Shown one piece after another: positions 1 through 10,241 of a stretch of 64,000 bases of DNA (within the stretch, counting starts at the first letter, position 1; every line of letters starts with the position of its first letter). A program made the position numbers and the translations under genes. Origin of the DNA: Gammaproteobacteria bacterium (lineage in GTDB: Bacteria > Pseudomonadota > Gammaproteobacteria > Eutrophobiales > Eutrophobiaceae); the NCBI GenBank assembly GCA_965222155.1, contig CBDCTH010000012.1, positions 992,001 through 1,056,000 on the forward strand, in the 5' to 3' direction. The notes beneath the pieces are model-generated. The model worked only from the letters and a program-made list of their open reading frames with translations. It was not told where the DNA came from and ran no database searches.

Positions 1-234
1 TTCGTCAATCCGGACCACGGAATGCATGGGAATGTAAGTGCGGGTGACGTGGTTGAACTCGGATTTCAGATTTTCTTCGGTAGGGTCTACCACCAGCGCA
101 TTTTTTTCTCCGAACACGAGCTTTTCGATTTCGATAAAACCGAAAATGGCGCCCTGTTGGACGTTCCGGGCATAAATTTCATAAATTTTACCCTGGTTAT
201 GAAAGATCACTTTGTATATCGGCTTTTTTGACAT
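1..234 (-). CDS. DUF1820-family protein, 3' end runs off the window
   Basis: Manual translation from ATG at 234: MSKKPIYKVIFHNQGKIYEIYARNVQQGAIFGFIEIEKLVFGEKNALVVDPTEENLKSEFNHVTRTYIPMHSVVRIDE; no stop inside the window; not in the ORF track. Confidence 0.75.
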   Translation of the reverse strand, partial: MSKKPIYKVIFHNQGKIYEIYARNVQQGAIFGFIEIEKLVFGEKNALVVDPTEENLKSEFNHVTRTYIPMHSVVRIDE

Positions 235-279
235 AGTATTTTAACCGGTTGGTGTTCAGATGCTTAATTCTATCATATC

Positions 280-1281
280 TTAGTGGTTGCTGAATTCACT
301 ATGAAACAATTTAGCCGCTGATGAGAAGAGTTTTTCCGAAAAGGACTTTTTGCGCGCAAATCGTATTTCATAGATATCGGCGGATTCTACCGCTTCACTC
401 AGGTAATCATCGCTGGTCTGGAGGGCGTCCACAAGACCCAGTTCCAGGGCTTTTTTGCCGTGCCAGTGTTCCCCGGTAGAAATCTCTTCCACGTCGACCT
501 GCGCGCGGTTTTCCCGCACAAATTGCTTGAACAGTTCATGAGTTTCTTCAAGCTCCGCACGTAATTTTTCCCGGTCCGCCTGGGTATTCTTGCCGAACAG
601 AGACAGGGTCCGTTTATACTTGCCGGCGGTTATCTGTTCAAAATCAATGTCGTGTTTCTTCAGCAGCTTGTGAAAATTGGGTATCTGCGCCAGCACGCCT
701 ATGGAACCGATGATCGCGAATGGTGCCGCAATTACCCTGTTGGCGACGCAGGCCATCATATACCCGCCGCTGGCTGCGAGCTTATCCACTGCGACCGTCA
801 AACCGATGCCTTTGTCCCTTATCCTTCTCAGTTGAGATGCGGCAAGCCCGTAACCATGCACTGTGCCGCCGCCACTTTCCAGGATTACAACAACCTCATC
901 CCCGTTGCCGGCAGTCGTCAGCAGGGCGGTAATCTCTTCCCTTAAGGAGGCGACCTCATCCGCTCTGACATCCCCTTTGAAGTTGATTACAAAAATGCGC
1001 TTTCTATCCTTGGTGTCTGATTTCTCAGCCTTTTTCAGTTTCTCCTTATGTGCTTTCTCGGATTTTTTAAAATCCTCTTTAGGCAGCGTTGCTGATTCCA
1101 GCAGTAGTTTCGTATGGTCAAACTTCTGGTTGAGGTGTTTGACTTCCAGGTGTCCACCTTCATGCTCCCGGCTGCGCATCTTCATCATAATGACGAAAAA
1201 AGCAATTATTGCCACACCACCGATTATCGTTCCGAACTTTGCCAGGAACATCCCGTATTCATACAGAAAATCCATCCACAT
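280..1281 (-). CDS. sohB: Protease SohB (peptidase S49)
   Basis: N-terminal TM helix (MWMDFLYEYGMFLAK); motifs ESGGGTVHGYGLAASQL, VDKLAASGGYMMAC, TAGKYKRTL; start trimmed from the 1359 ORF. Confidence 0.92.
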   Translation of the reverse strand: MWMDFLYEYGMFLAKFGTIIGGVAIIAFFVIMMKMRSREHEGGHLEVKHLNQKFDHTKLLLESATLPKEDFKKSEKAHKEKLKKAEKSDTKDRKRIFVINFKGDVRADEVASLREEITALLTTAGNGDEVVVILESGGGTVHGYGLAASQLRRIRDKGIGLTVAVDKLAASGGYMMACVANRVIAAPFAIIGSIGVLAQIPNFHKLLKKHDIDFEQITAGKYKRTLSLFGKNTQADREKLRAELEETHELFKQFVRENRAQVDVEEISTGEHWHGKKALELGLVDALQTSDDYLSEAVESADIYEIRFARKKSFSEKLFSSAAKLFHSEFSNH

Positions 1282-1389
1282 TGATCGTGTTTCTCCTGAT
1301 TTATCTAATGTTGTATTTAATCGATGAATTATAACCCGAATACGGATATATTCCGTCATTGATACCAGAAAGTTAAATTCGAATACGGC

Positions 1390-3126
1390 ATGCCCCAGGT
1401 AAAACCATTACGACGATCTGTGCCTTTTCTGCGCCCGTACACCGGCAGGATATTGTTCGCGTTGGTCTGTCTGGGGATCGCTGCGCTGGCTGCGCTGGCC
1501 ATGCCGGTCTCCATCAGGCTGGTCGTGGATTACGGGTTTTCCAATGAAAACGGCCAGTATATCGACATCTATTTTATCGCTCTGTTGCTGTTGTCCCTGA
1601 TCTACGCGTTGTCTTCTTCATTACGCTATTACACGGTGATGTGGATTGGCGAACGGGTGGTCGCAGATATTCGCTCCGCCGTTTACAGTCACGTCATTAA
1701 AATGGACCCGACATTTTTTGAAGTCACCAAATCGGGGGAAGTCCTGTCCAGGCTGACCACTGACACCACCCTGGTACAGTCGGTGGTCGGGGCCGGGGTG
1801 TCCATTGCCCTGCGCAGCGCATTTATCCTGGCGGGCAGCCTGATTATGTTGTTCGTTACCAGTCCCCGGCTGGGCATACTGCTGTTCGGACTGTTGCCCG
1901 TTGTGGTGTTGCCCATCTTGATCTACGGAAGAAAAGTGAGAAGGTTGTCCCGGGAAACACAGGATCGGGTAGCCGATTCCAGCGGGATTGCCGGGGAGAT
2001 ATTAAATGCGATACAGGTTGTTCAGGCATTCACCATGGAGTCATCGCAAAGCCGGCGTTTCAGCGACGCCGTGGAGCATTCCTTCAACGCAGCGAGACGA
2101 CGCCTTTCCGTTGGGGCGCTGTTATCCGGCATTATCGTATTGTGCGCGTTCAGCGCCGTAGTGGTCGTGCTGTGGGTCGGCGCCCGCTCCGTCATAGATG
2201 GCAGTATCAGCGCCGGGACACTGGTGCAGTTCCTGTTTTATGCGACCCTGGTCGCCGCCAGCACTACCGCGATAGGAGAGGTCTGGAGTGACGTGCAGCG
2301 CGCGGCCGGGGCCATGGAAAGGTTGATGGGCATATTGGATAAAAAGCCGGCCATCACCAGTTCAAGCACAAGCCGGCCGTTTCCCGCCGGCGGCAATAAT
2401 CATATCGTTATGGATAATGTCAGCTTCCATTACCCCAGCCGCCCCGGGCAGTTGGCGCTGGACGGCTATTCCCTGGATATCACTCCGGCTGAGACCCTGG
2501 CCCTGGTGGGTCCGTCGGGCGCCGGCAAAAGCACGGTGTTTCAGTTGTTATTGCGGTTTTATGATCCTGGCTCCGGCTGCGTCAGGCTGGATGGTATAGA
2601 TATCCGGGATGCGGACTTGCACAAGCTGAGGAAACGGGTCGGCATCGTACCCCAGCAAACGGTTTTATTTGCCGACAGTGTCCTGGAAAATATCCGCTTC
2701 GGTAACCCGCAGGCTACTGATGATGAGGTTATCAGTGCGGCAACGGCGGCCTATGCCGACGAATTCATCAGGCAATTGCCCCAGAGCTACCAGACTTTTC
2801 TGGGCGAAAAAGGCGCCCGGTTGTCGGGCGGCCAGCAGCAGCGCATCGCCATCGCCAGGGCGCTATTAAAAGACCCGCCCATATTGTTGCTTGACGAGGC
2901 GACCAGTTCACTGGACGCCGAAAGTGAAAACCTGTTGCAACAGGCACTGCAAAAGCTGATGCTTAACCGGACGGTTATCGTGATTGCCCATCGCCTTGCT
3001 ACCGTAAAAAAGGTCGACAGGATTATCGTGATGGATCAGGGCAGGGTGGTAGATAGCGGCTCCCATGACAGCTTGACGGCGAAGGAAGGCATCTATGCGC
3101 GCCTGGCCGACCTGCAGTTTGACTGA
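1390..3126 (+). CDS. ABC exporter, fused permease/ATPase (MsbA-like)
   Basis: Six TM helices, Walker A GPSGAGKST, signature LSGGQQQR, Walker B LLLDEATS, H-loop IAHRL. Confidence 0.92.
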   Translation: MPQVKPLRRSVPFLRPYTGRILFALVCLGIAALAALAMPVSIRLVVDYGFSNENGQYIDIYFIALLLLSLIYALSSSLRYYTVMWIGERVVADIRSAVYSHVIKMDPTFFEVTKSGEVLSRLTTDTTLVQSVVGAGVSIALRSAFILAGSLIMLFVTSPRLGILLFGLLPVVVLPILIYGRKVRRLSRETQDRVADSSGIAGEILNAIQVVQAFTMESSQSRRFSDAVEHSFNAARRRLSVGALLSGIIVLCAFSAVVVVLWVGARSVIDGSISAGTLVQFLFYATLVAASTTAIGEVWSDVQRAAGAMERLMGILDKKPAITSSSTSRPFPAGGNNHIVMDNVSFHYPSRPGQLALDGYSLDITPAETLALVGPSGAGKSTVFQLLLRFYDPGSGCVRLDGIDIRDADLHKLRKRVGIVPQQTVLFADSVLENIRFGNPQATDDEVISAATAAYADEFIRQLPQSYQTFLGEKGARLSGGQQQRIAIARALLKDPPILLLDEATSSLDAESENLLQQALQKLMLNRTVIVIAHRLATVKKVDRIIVMDQGRVVDSGSHDSLTAKEGIYARLADLQFD

Positions 3127-3172
3127 AGCAACAATTTCAAATATCCAAATAACAACAATGGGGGGATACATC

Positions 3173-3607
3173 ATGGTCGGAGTTAATCTGCAACAACCAG
3201 GTTACGGCAGGAAAATTGTATTGCTGTTACTGCTAAGTCTTGTCGCGGTCGCAGCCTACGGAGCGGATGGTCCGGAGAGCCCATGCCACCAGTTCTACCC
3301 CAATGTTCCCGGTGAGACTTTGCTTGATAACGACACTATTGTGGTGCAGAGATTTATCATTCCACCCGGACAATGGGAAGGTGTCCACAAACATCCACCG
3401 AATCAACTTTATATCCATGTTAGAGGTGGTGAGTGGACGGTTCGTTTTGGAGACAGGAAAGAGACTTCCGTAGCGCCTGATGGTGAGGTCGGCTGGAGCA
3501 ATAAAGGGCTTGGACTGGACGCGAATCACGAGTCTCAGAATTCCGGAGATCAACCGATCGATCTAATCTGGGTTGCTGTAAAACCGGGTTGTATGGCCGA
3601 TTCGTGA
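3173..3607 (+). CDS. Exported cupin-domain protein
   Basis: Signal-like hydrophobic N-terminus; cupin motifs GVHKHP and HESQNSGDQPIDLIWV. Confidence 0.7.
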   Translation: MVGVNLQQPGYGRKIVLLLLLSLVAVAAYGADGPESPCHQFYPNVPGETLLDNDTIVVQRFIIPPGQWEGVHKHPPNQLYIHVRGGEWTVRFGDRKETSVAPDGEVGWSNKGLGLDANHESQNSGDQPIDLIWVAVKPGCMADS

Positions 3608-3796
3608 GATAAATATCGAGGTTTTTGGGAGAGGACCGGCGATCTTTTGATTTAAAAAAATGTCAATTGTATTGTTTTTCCAATAAGTTCTGCTATATTT
3701 TGAATATGGTCAGGAAATCACTTCCGGTTGACTGTGTAGCTGGAATTCAGTTGATGTTTTTTTATGTCAAAGAGATGTAATTACGGGGGCGGGAAG

Positions 3797-5723
3797 ATGA
3801 AACACACGAAAATCAGCAGCATATTTATTTTTAACTCCATTTTATTTGCAGCGTTGTTTTTTATGATGAGTGTGCCGGCGGCAGTGCTCGAAGAAGTAGT
3901 CGTTACCGCACAAAAACGTGAGCAATCATTGTCTGACGTAGGGATATCTGTTACTGCATTTACCGGCGAACAGATGAAAGCGCTGGGTATTTCTTCAACA
4001 CAAGATATCGATAACCAGACTCCCGGCCTGATTGTCACTGACTTTGGTGGTGGTACTACTACAGTTTTTACCATGCGCGGAGCAGGTCAGCTGGATTTCA
4101 ACGATCAACAGGAGGGTCCGGTTGCCGTCTATATCGATGGCGCCTACAACAGCTATCTGGCAGGTGTTGGGTTCAATTTTTACGACCTGGAGCGTGTAGA
4201 AGTCTTGCGCGGTTCACAAGGCACTTTATTTGGTCGAAATGCGACAGCAGGTCTGGTGCATATCATTTCAGCAAAACCGACAGAGGAACATGAAGGTTAT
4301 GTGGAGTTGACCGGTGGTGAATATGGTCAATTTAAAGCTGAAGGCGCTGTTAGTGGCCCGCTGTCTGATTCACTGATGGGCCGAGTGTCAATTCAGAGTC
4401 TCAACTAATTTCGATTCTTTCTTTGAACGGGATCATTTCGGGATCACCGGTACCATTAACTATGAAACTGATTTCGGCACAATTACTTCAATCAGTGACT
4501 GGCAGGATTTCAGGAAGCGTTATAACGAGGATTCAGACAGTACGCCGGCTACCTTGTTCCATTTTTTCCAGGATATGGACAGTAATCAGTTTTCCCAGGA
4601 ATTACGACTGGCGGGTGAATCGGAGCAAGCACGTTGGGTCCTTGGCGCCTATTATCTGAATATTGACAGTAACGGTCGTACCGGTGTGGAGGCGACCGGA
4701 TCGCTGGGAATTGCTTTGGATAACCTGTGGGAACTGGAAACGGAGACCTACGCTTTTTTTACTCAATTGGAATATGATTTCAATTCTGCGTTTACCGGTA
4801 TTGCCGGTATTCGCTGGACGGAGGATGAAAAGAATTTTTCAATCACGCCACGCTGTACCTTCCTGCCGGACCTGGCCGGTCTGAATGCTGCTGACTGTCT
4901 GGTGCTTGACCCCTTCATCCAGGCTACAGGTTTGCCAAACACCAAACGTACGGAAGGTGACTGGTCCGGCCACATTGAACTGGACTGGCATGTGAGTGAT
5001 GACACTCTGGTATATGGGAAGATCGCACGTGGCCATAAAGCGGGTGGTTTTAATGGCGGCATTATCTCTTTCTTTTTCGCTGATCAGGTTACTTATGATA
5101 GTGAACTGCCTGTGACCTATGAAGGCGGCTTCAAGTCAGAGTTATTTGAGGGCAAGGCCAGGTTGAACGCGTCCGTTTTTTACACCGACTACAAGGATTT
5201 TCAAACTTTTACTCAACAGGGGCCCAGTTTGATCCTGTTTAATGTTGATGCTGAAGTGCTTGGAGCAGAAATTGAACTGGTTATGAATCCATGGGAAGGT
5301 TGGGATTTCCTGTTTGGGCTGTCATTACTTGATGCGGAACAACAGAATTTGGCTGGCGCCGGTGGGACAATTGATCGACAAATGCCGAATGCGCCTGATG
5401 TCAGTTTTAACGCGCTGGGACGTTATGAGTGGTCAGCATTTGGTGGACGTATGGCAGCACAAATCGATATGAATTATGTCGATGATCGTCCGCTGAATGC
5501 CATTGGCGATCCTGCTTTAAGAGATGATTCTTATGTTGTGGCCAATGCAAATGTCCAATGGACATCAGCCGGTGACCAATGGTTATTGAAGTTGTGGGTG
5601 AAGAATTTCAACGACGAAATATATTTCCCGACCAATTTCGATATTACAACTATCACCGGCGTTACCCAACCGGTTGTTGCCGCGCCGCGCTGGTTTGGTG
5701 GAACTGTGGGTTATCGATGGTAA
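3797..5723 (+). pseudogene. TonB-dependent receptor, split by a frameshift and probable internal deletion near 4400
   Basis: Plug motifs EEVVVTAQKRE and ERVEVLRGSQGTLFGRNA in the 3764 frame, stop at 4408; a second frame open from about 4401 (STNFDSFFERDHFG...) ends PRWFGGTVGYRW; combined length about 640 aa. Confidence 0.85.
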
Positions 5724-5763
5724 AATTTGTTTTACAGGGAAACAAAAACTAAACAGGAATACC

Positions 5764-6273
5764 ATGATGATCAAGAAAAGCGCACTGTCTCTGGTGTTAA
5801 TTACGTTATTCTTTTCTCTTAAGGCGCCAACAATTTCCAGTAATGAAAGTACAACCAAAAAGAGCAGGATGACCAATCTGCAGATTGTAGAACAAATGTA
5901 TGAAGGTTTTGCAGCAGGTGACATGGAGGCAATTCTAAAAGATGTGAGCGAGAATATCGTTTGGACACATCCAGGCAATCCCGATCAGATACCGTTTGCG
6001 GGGAAATTCGAAGGAAAAGCCGGAGTCAGCCGTTTTTTTGAAATTGCTTTTGAGCAAATTGATGTACTGGAACAAAACATCAAATCACTTATCGACGGCG
6101 GAGATAAAGTCATCGTATTAGGTTATGAGCATATGAGGGTTAAAAATACCGGGCGGGAATATAAATCCAACTGGATCCATATGTACACACTCGCTGATGG
6201 AAAAATTGTCGGATTTGAAGAATTTATTGATACCGCTGAATTGGTTTTTGCGTTCAATACGCCTCAACAATGA
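5764..6273 (+). CDS. SnoaL/NTF2-like protein with signal peptide
   Basis: YEGFAAGDMEAI...W...PFAGKFEGKAGV...GDKVIV...DGKIVGFEEFIDT pattern. Confidence 0.85.
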   Translation: MMIKKSALSLVLITLFFSLKAPTISSNESTTKKSRMTNLQIVEQMYEGFAAGDMEAILKDVSENIVWTHPGNPDQIPFAGKFEGKAGVSRFFEIAFEQIDVLEQNIKSLIDGGDKVIVLGYEHMRVKNTGREYKSNWIHMYTLADGKIVGFEEFIDTAELVFAFNTPQQ

Positions 6274-7775
6274 AAGAAGAAGGGACAGACGTTTCTCCTC
6301 AGGGTCTATCAAGGAGGCAGTTCTTTGATAGGTTAACCACTGTCGTACAGGGTTTATTTATCACCAGTTTCACCTTCTCCACTCGCTTACTGGCGAAATC
6401 GGTTAATCAACTGCCTGTGGAGAAGTTAAAAGCGCTCATTGCGGACAGGGTTATTTCCAGGGCGGATTCGAATTATGAAGTTGTCAGGCAATCTTCTGTC
6501 TGGCAGATGATCAAACCTGATCAGTTTCCTTCACTGATCGTGCAGGCAAAGTCGGTTAACGACATAATAGAAACTATAAGGTATGCCAGGGAAAGCAACA
6601 AAAAAATATCAGTGCGTTGTGGGGGGCACAGTTATTATTCATCATTTCTACAAGATGATAGGGTTATGCTGGACCTGTCTCATCTTCAAGATGTTTCCAT
6701 TGATAAAGAAAGTAAATCAGCCAGGGTGCAACCAGCGGTACGCTCTGTGGATTTTCTCGAACAAATCGCTGAATACGGTCTCAGTTTTCCGGCAGCTCAC
6801 TGTGGCAATGTCCCTTTGGGTGGATTTCTCCTGGGTGGCGGATTAGGTTGGAATGGTGAAGCCTGGGGTGGCATGTCATGTTTCAATATCAGCGCAGTCG
6901 AAGTCGTTACGGCAGACGGGAAACTGATAACCGCCGATAAAAACACGAACGCAGATTTTTATTGGGCGGCTCGGGGCGCAGGCCCTAATTTTTTTGGTGT
7001 GATCACCCAATTTACACTGGATTTATATGACGATCCGGCGGTCATACTCACCACTACACTGATATGGGATATCGACGAGGCAAAGACAGTGACTGACTGG
7101 TTGGATAAAACGGTCAGACAAATGCCGGAGTATGTTGAGACCCTGGTTATACTTGCAGATAACCCGGAACAGCAACATCAATCAGTGGCGGAAAAGGTCT
7201 GCATCGTGCAAGCCTCTGTGTTTGCTGACACCGAGGAAATTGCACGAAAGGCACTAAGCCCGCTTTCCGGGGATGATATACCTGGTGGCTGTATGAACAA
7301 AAGTGAGTATGTACCGACGCCAATAGCCGATCTCTATACCTGGGATGCCACTGCCTATCCGCGCTTGCGCTGGGACGTTGATTCTCTCTGGACCGATGAT
7401 AACCCGGGTGAATTTGTTGAAAAACTGATTGAACACGTCAAGGGAATGCCGTCTGATAAGTCGTCAGTATTATTCTTCTGGAAACCCTATACAAAAGAAT
7501 TACCCGATGCGGCATTTTCAATGATTGGTTCCGTCTATCTCGCCTGTTATGCTATTTGGGTAAGGCCTGATGAAGACGATATCAATAAACACTGGGTCAG
7601 AAAGACAATACAGTTGCTTGAACCACATATAAAAGGACATTACATCAATGAAAGTAATTACGTGGATATATCATCCAGAAGAACTAATGCTTTTTCAGAT
7701 ATAAACCGTAATAAGCTGAAAAACCTGGCTATGAAGCATGATCCGGACAACCTGTTTCACACATATATTGAATAA
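6270..7775 (+). CDS. FAD-linked oxidase (berberine-bridge-enzyme/VAO type), Tat-exported
   Basis: SRRQFF Tat motif, RCGGHSY FAD-attachment motif, WAARGAGPNFFGV, C-terminal YINE...HDPDNLF. Confidence 0.88.
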   Translation: MKEEGTDVSPQGLSRRQFFDRLTTVVQGLFITSFTFSTRLLAKSVNQLPVEKLKALIADRVISRADSNYEVVRQSSVWQMIKPDQFPSLIVQAKSVNDIIETIRYARESNKKISVRCGGHSYYSSFLQDDRVMLDLSHLQDVSIDKESKSARVQPAVRSVDFLEQIAEYGLSFPAAHCGNVPLGGFLLGGGLGWNGEAWGGMSCFNISAVEVVTADGKLITADKNTNADFYWAARGAGPNFFGVITQFTLDLYDDPAVILTTTLIWDIDEAKTVTDWLDKTVRQMPEYVETLVILADNPEQQHQSVAEKVCIVQASVFADTEEIARKALSPLSGDDIPGGCMNKSEYVPTPIADLYTWDATAYPRLRWDVDSLWTDDNPGEFVEKLIEHVKGMPSDKSSVLFFWKPYTKELPDAAFSMIGSVYLACYAIWVRPDEDDINKHWVRKTIQLLEPHIKGHYINESNYVDISSRRTNAFSDINRNKLKNLAMKHDPDNLFHTYIE

Positions 7776-7780
7776 AGAGA

Positions 7781-8434
7781 ATGTCGGTTAAAGGAGTAAA
7801 CTTAAAAATAACGAAACAGGAAAAACGGGAAGTGCGTCGGACACAGATTATTGACGCGGCCCTGAAGATACTTGCGTTTGAGGGCGCCTCAAGTTTTACC
7901 TTGAGAAATATTGCCGATAAAGCCGGGGTTACACTGGGCGCAGTACAATACTATTTCAGGAACAAAAGTGATTTATTGCTGGCGTTAACGGAATATAAGT
8001 TGCAAATAGATTTCAAGGCGACTCAGGACGCTCGTAAAAAGTTGCCTTCGTCACCAGAGGCGGAGTTCCTTGCGGTAATCAACCTACTCATAAGAGATAA
8101 TAAGAAGCCTCTGATCTATGGTCTCGATTTCCAGTTATTTGCCTTGGCGTGTTCTGACAAAGTAGCTGAAAAATGTGTGAATAAATTTTACCAGACCATC
8201 AGGACATGGATAGAAGGTTCGGTCCAGACGATAAACCCGGACATATCCAGTATTGAATGCGGTCGCCGGGCAGTTGTGATACTTGCAATGATGGAAGGTC
8301 TGATGCAGGTATTGTATCGGGACAAGCGGAACAAGTCGGAATTCAGCGAGATCGAAGATATAGTTCGAAAGGAGGCATTACGAATTGCAAAAGGCGTTCC
8401 AACCGGTTCAAATTTCATTCCACGTAGGGAATAA
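7781..8434 (+). CDS. TetR-family regulator
   Basis: N-terminal HTH TLRNIADKAGVTLGAVQYYFRNKSDL. Confidence 0.9.
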   Translation: MSVKGVNLKITKQEKREVRRTQIIDAALKILAFEGASSFTLRNIADKAGVTLGAVQYYFRNKSDLLLALTEYKLQIDFKATQDARKKLPSSPEAEFLAVINLLIRDNKKPLIYGLDFQLFALACSDKVAEKCVNKFYQTIRTWIEGSVQTINPDISSIECGRRAVVILAMMEGLMQVLYRDKRNKSEFSEIEDIVRKEALRIAKGVPTGSNFIPRRE

Positions 8435-8891
8435 ACCTGCCCAGTATGATGACTCCCAGCCAAAATATGAACGACAAGCTGGTAACCGTCTTAATTGCTG
8501 ATCCCACATTTTCCACGCCGGTCTGAGCGGCTTTGCCATGTACGGTCAGGGCAAAATATAACGCGTTCAGCCCGGCCAGGACGATAAACAACAGCTTCAG
8601 CCGGAACGCAATGTTCGGATAGTAGCGAAACGGATCGCTGAAAAAAAACATGATCCCGGTCACCAGGTTGATAGTGAAACCGATCAGCGCCAGGGGTAAA
8701 AATTTGTAAACTGTTTCTACAGGGAAGTTGCGGGAGAAACCAAGCAACCTGAAATCGACAACCAGTAATGATCCGATCAGCAACGACAGCCCCATGAAAT
8801 GCAGAATTTCAGCCATAGGGAACAGCCAGGTACTATCACGCATCAACTGGCCCAATGCAGAGCTTTCAATCCGGAATAAAATGTCGTTCAT
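8415..8891 (-). CDS. Membrane protein (DUF6644-like)
   Basis: Four TM helices, HFMGLSLLIG...DFRLLG, ends WLGVIILGRFIPY. Confidence 0.7.
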   Translation of the reverse strand: MNDILFRIESSALGQLMRDSTWLFPMAEILHFMGLSLLIGSLLVVDFRLLGFSRNFPVETVYKFLPLALIGFTINLVTGIMFFFSDPFRYYPNIAFRLKLLFIVLAGLNALYFALTVHGKAAQTGVENVGSAIKTVTSLSFIFWLGVIILGRFIPYVE

Positions 8892-8895
8892 TCGC

Positions 8896-9387
8896 TTAAG
8901 CCCCGTTCAAGTGTTCGATATAAGCGATGAGCCGCCCCGCGATAATCGCACAAGACCAGAACGCCAATGAAAACCCCGCCGCCAATTTCGCCCGGGTCGG
9001 CATCCCAAGCGTACCTGCCGGTGAACCGGGCGCACCCCGTATCGCCTGCAGAACCCACCATATAGACGTGGCCCCAAGGATAATGAGCAAAATCTTTATC
9101 CGGAAAACAGGGTGATAGAAAAACTTGACGGGATCGCCTGAGAACAGCGCCAAGCCGGTCAAAACGTTCAAGGCAAGGCCCGCCCAGGTGACAACGGACA
9201 ACTTTTCAAAAAATGTGACGGGCACATTGCGGGCAAAGCCAAGTACCCGGAGATTGATCATCACCACCGTCCCGACGACAACAGCCATGCCCAGGGCATG
9301 ACTCGCCAGCACTATCGGATAGCCCCAGATGGATCCCGCCACCCAGGTCCCCAAGGTACTATCCTGTATCCAGATTAAAACATTCAT
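8896..9387 (-). CDS. Membrane protein (DUF6644-like), paralog of the neighbour
   Basis: HALGMAVVVG...NLRVLG, ends IIAGRLIAY; true start MNVLIW at 9387, upstream ORF extension runs through a REP. Confidence 0.7.
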   Translation of the reverse strand: MNVLIWIQDSTLGTWVAGSIWGYPIVLASHALGMAVVVGTVVMINLRVLGFARNVPVTFFEKLSVVTWAGLALNVLTGLALFSGDPVKFFYHPVFRIKILLIILGATSIWWVLQAIRGAPGSPAGTLGMPTRAKLAAGFSLAFWSCAIIAGRLIAYIEHLNGA

Positions 9388-9471
9388 AAATGCAAAGCCT
9401 AAACGCCCTACCATTCCCGCGCAAGCGGGAATCCATTGATTATGAGAGGGCAGGTCAAGTCTATTCCGAAG

Positions 9472-9677
9472 CAGGGCAACCGCATACTTTTGGATTCTGT
9501 TGCAGACGACAGGAAACCAACCGGAAAACACCGCCCGTCATGCTGGCGAATGCCAGCATCCAGTCAAACAACAGCGCAGGCTCAGGGTAATGAAGGGTTA
9601 TTCACTGGATTCTGGCCTGCGCCAGAATGACGGAATCGGGCAAAAACATCTGAATTCAAAAGTATGCGTTTGCCCTG
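9472..9677. mobile_element. 206-bp MITE with 26-bp TIRs, 10-bp target duplication and an internal REP doublet
   Basis: TIR CAGGGCAA(C/A)CGCATACTTTTG(G/A)ATTC, 24/26 identical; TATTCCGAAG at 9462-9471 and 9678-9687; inverted REP hairpins at 9537-9563 and 9605-9631. Confidence 0.9.
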
Positions 9678-9765
9678 TATTCCGAAGAAGTTAATTTGTC
9701 AGTACCCTTTCCATTTATATAACAAAGGGTATGATGAACCCTGTTGTCGGAAATGAGAGCAGGAC

Positions 9766-10236
9766 ATGAGTGACAAAATTGATAAAGGCGGGCAGTTTCC
9801 CGATATCGAGCTGGCCATTGCCGGGGGAGGTAAGCTGCGTCTTCCCGCCGATATCGATACCCCATATGCATTCATCCTCTTTTATCGTGGTCATTGGTGA
9901 CCTTTCTGTCGCCGTCAGTTAGTCGGCTTTGAAAAACAACGCAAGGTCCTGGCGGAACTCAGCGTCAGTATTGTTGCGGGTTGTGTGGATTCAGAGGAAA
10001 AAACAACCGAAGTCGCGGCTGAACTGGGATTTCCCGTCGCCTGGGGCATGACCCGTGATATGGGTGATCAATTCGGTGCGTGGTGGGAGGAGGAAAGAGA
10101 ATTTATCCAGCCCAGTGAATTTTTTATAACCGGTTCGGGTAAGGTGCTTGCTTCCACTTACAGCAGTTCCCCTATTGGACGGATGGATCCGGAAGATGCC
10201 GTGACCCTGGCAAAATTTATAATCAAGAAGGGATAG
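9766..10236 (+). CDS. Selenocysteine-containing peroxiredoxin-like (AhpC/TSA) protein, 156 aa
   Basis: AGGA RBS then ATG at 9766; in-frame TGA at 9898-9900 in FYRGHW-U-PFCRRQL (family motif FYRGxWCPxC); reads in frame into the 9985 ORF; hairpin at 9911-9927. Confidence 0.85.
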
Positions 10237-10241
10237 GAAAA

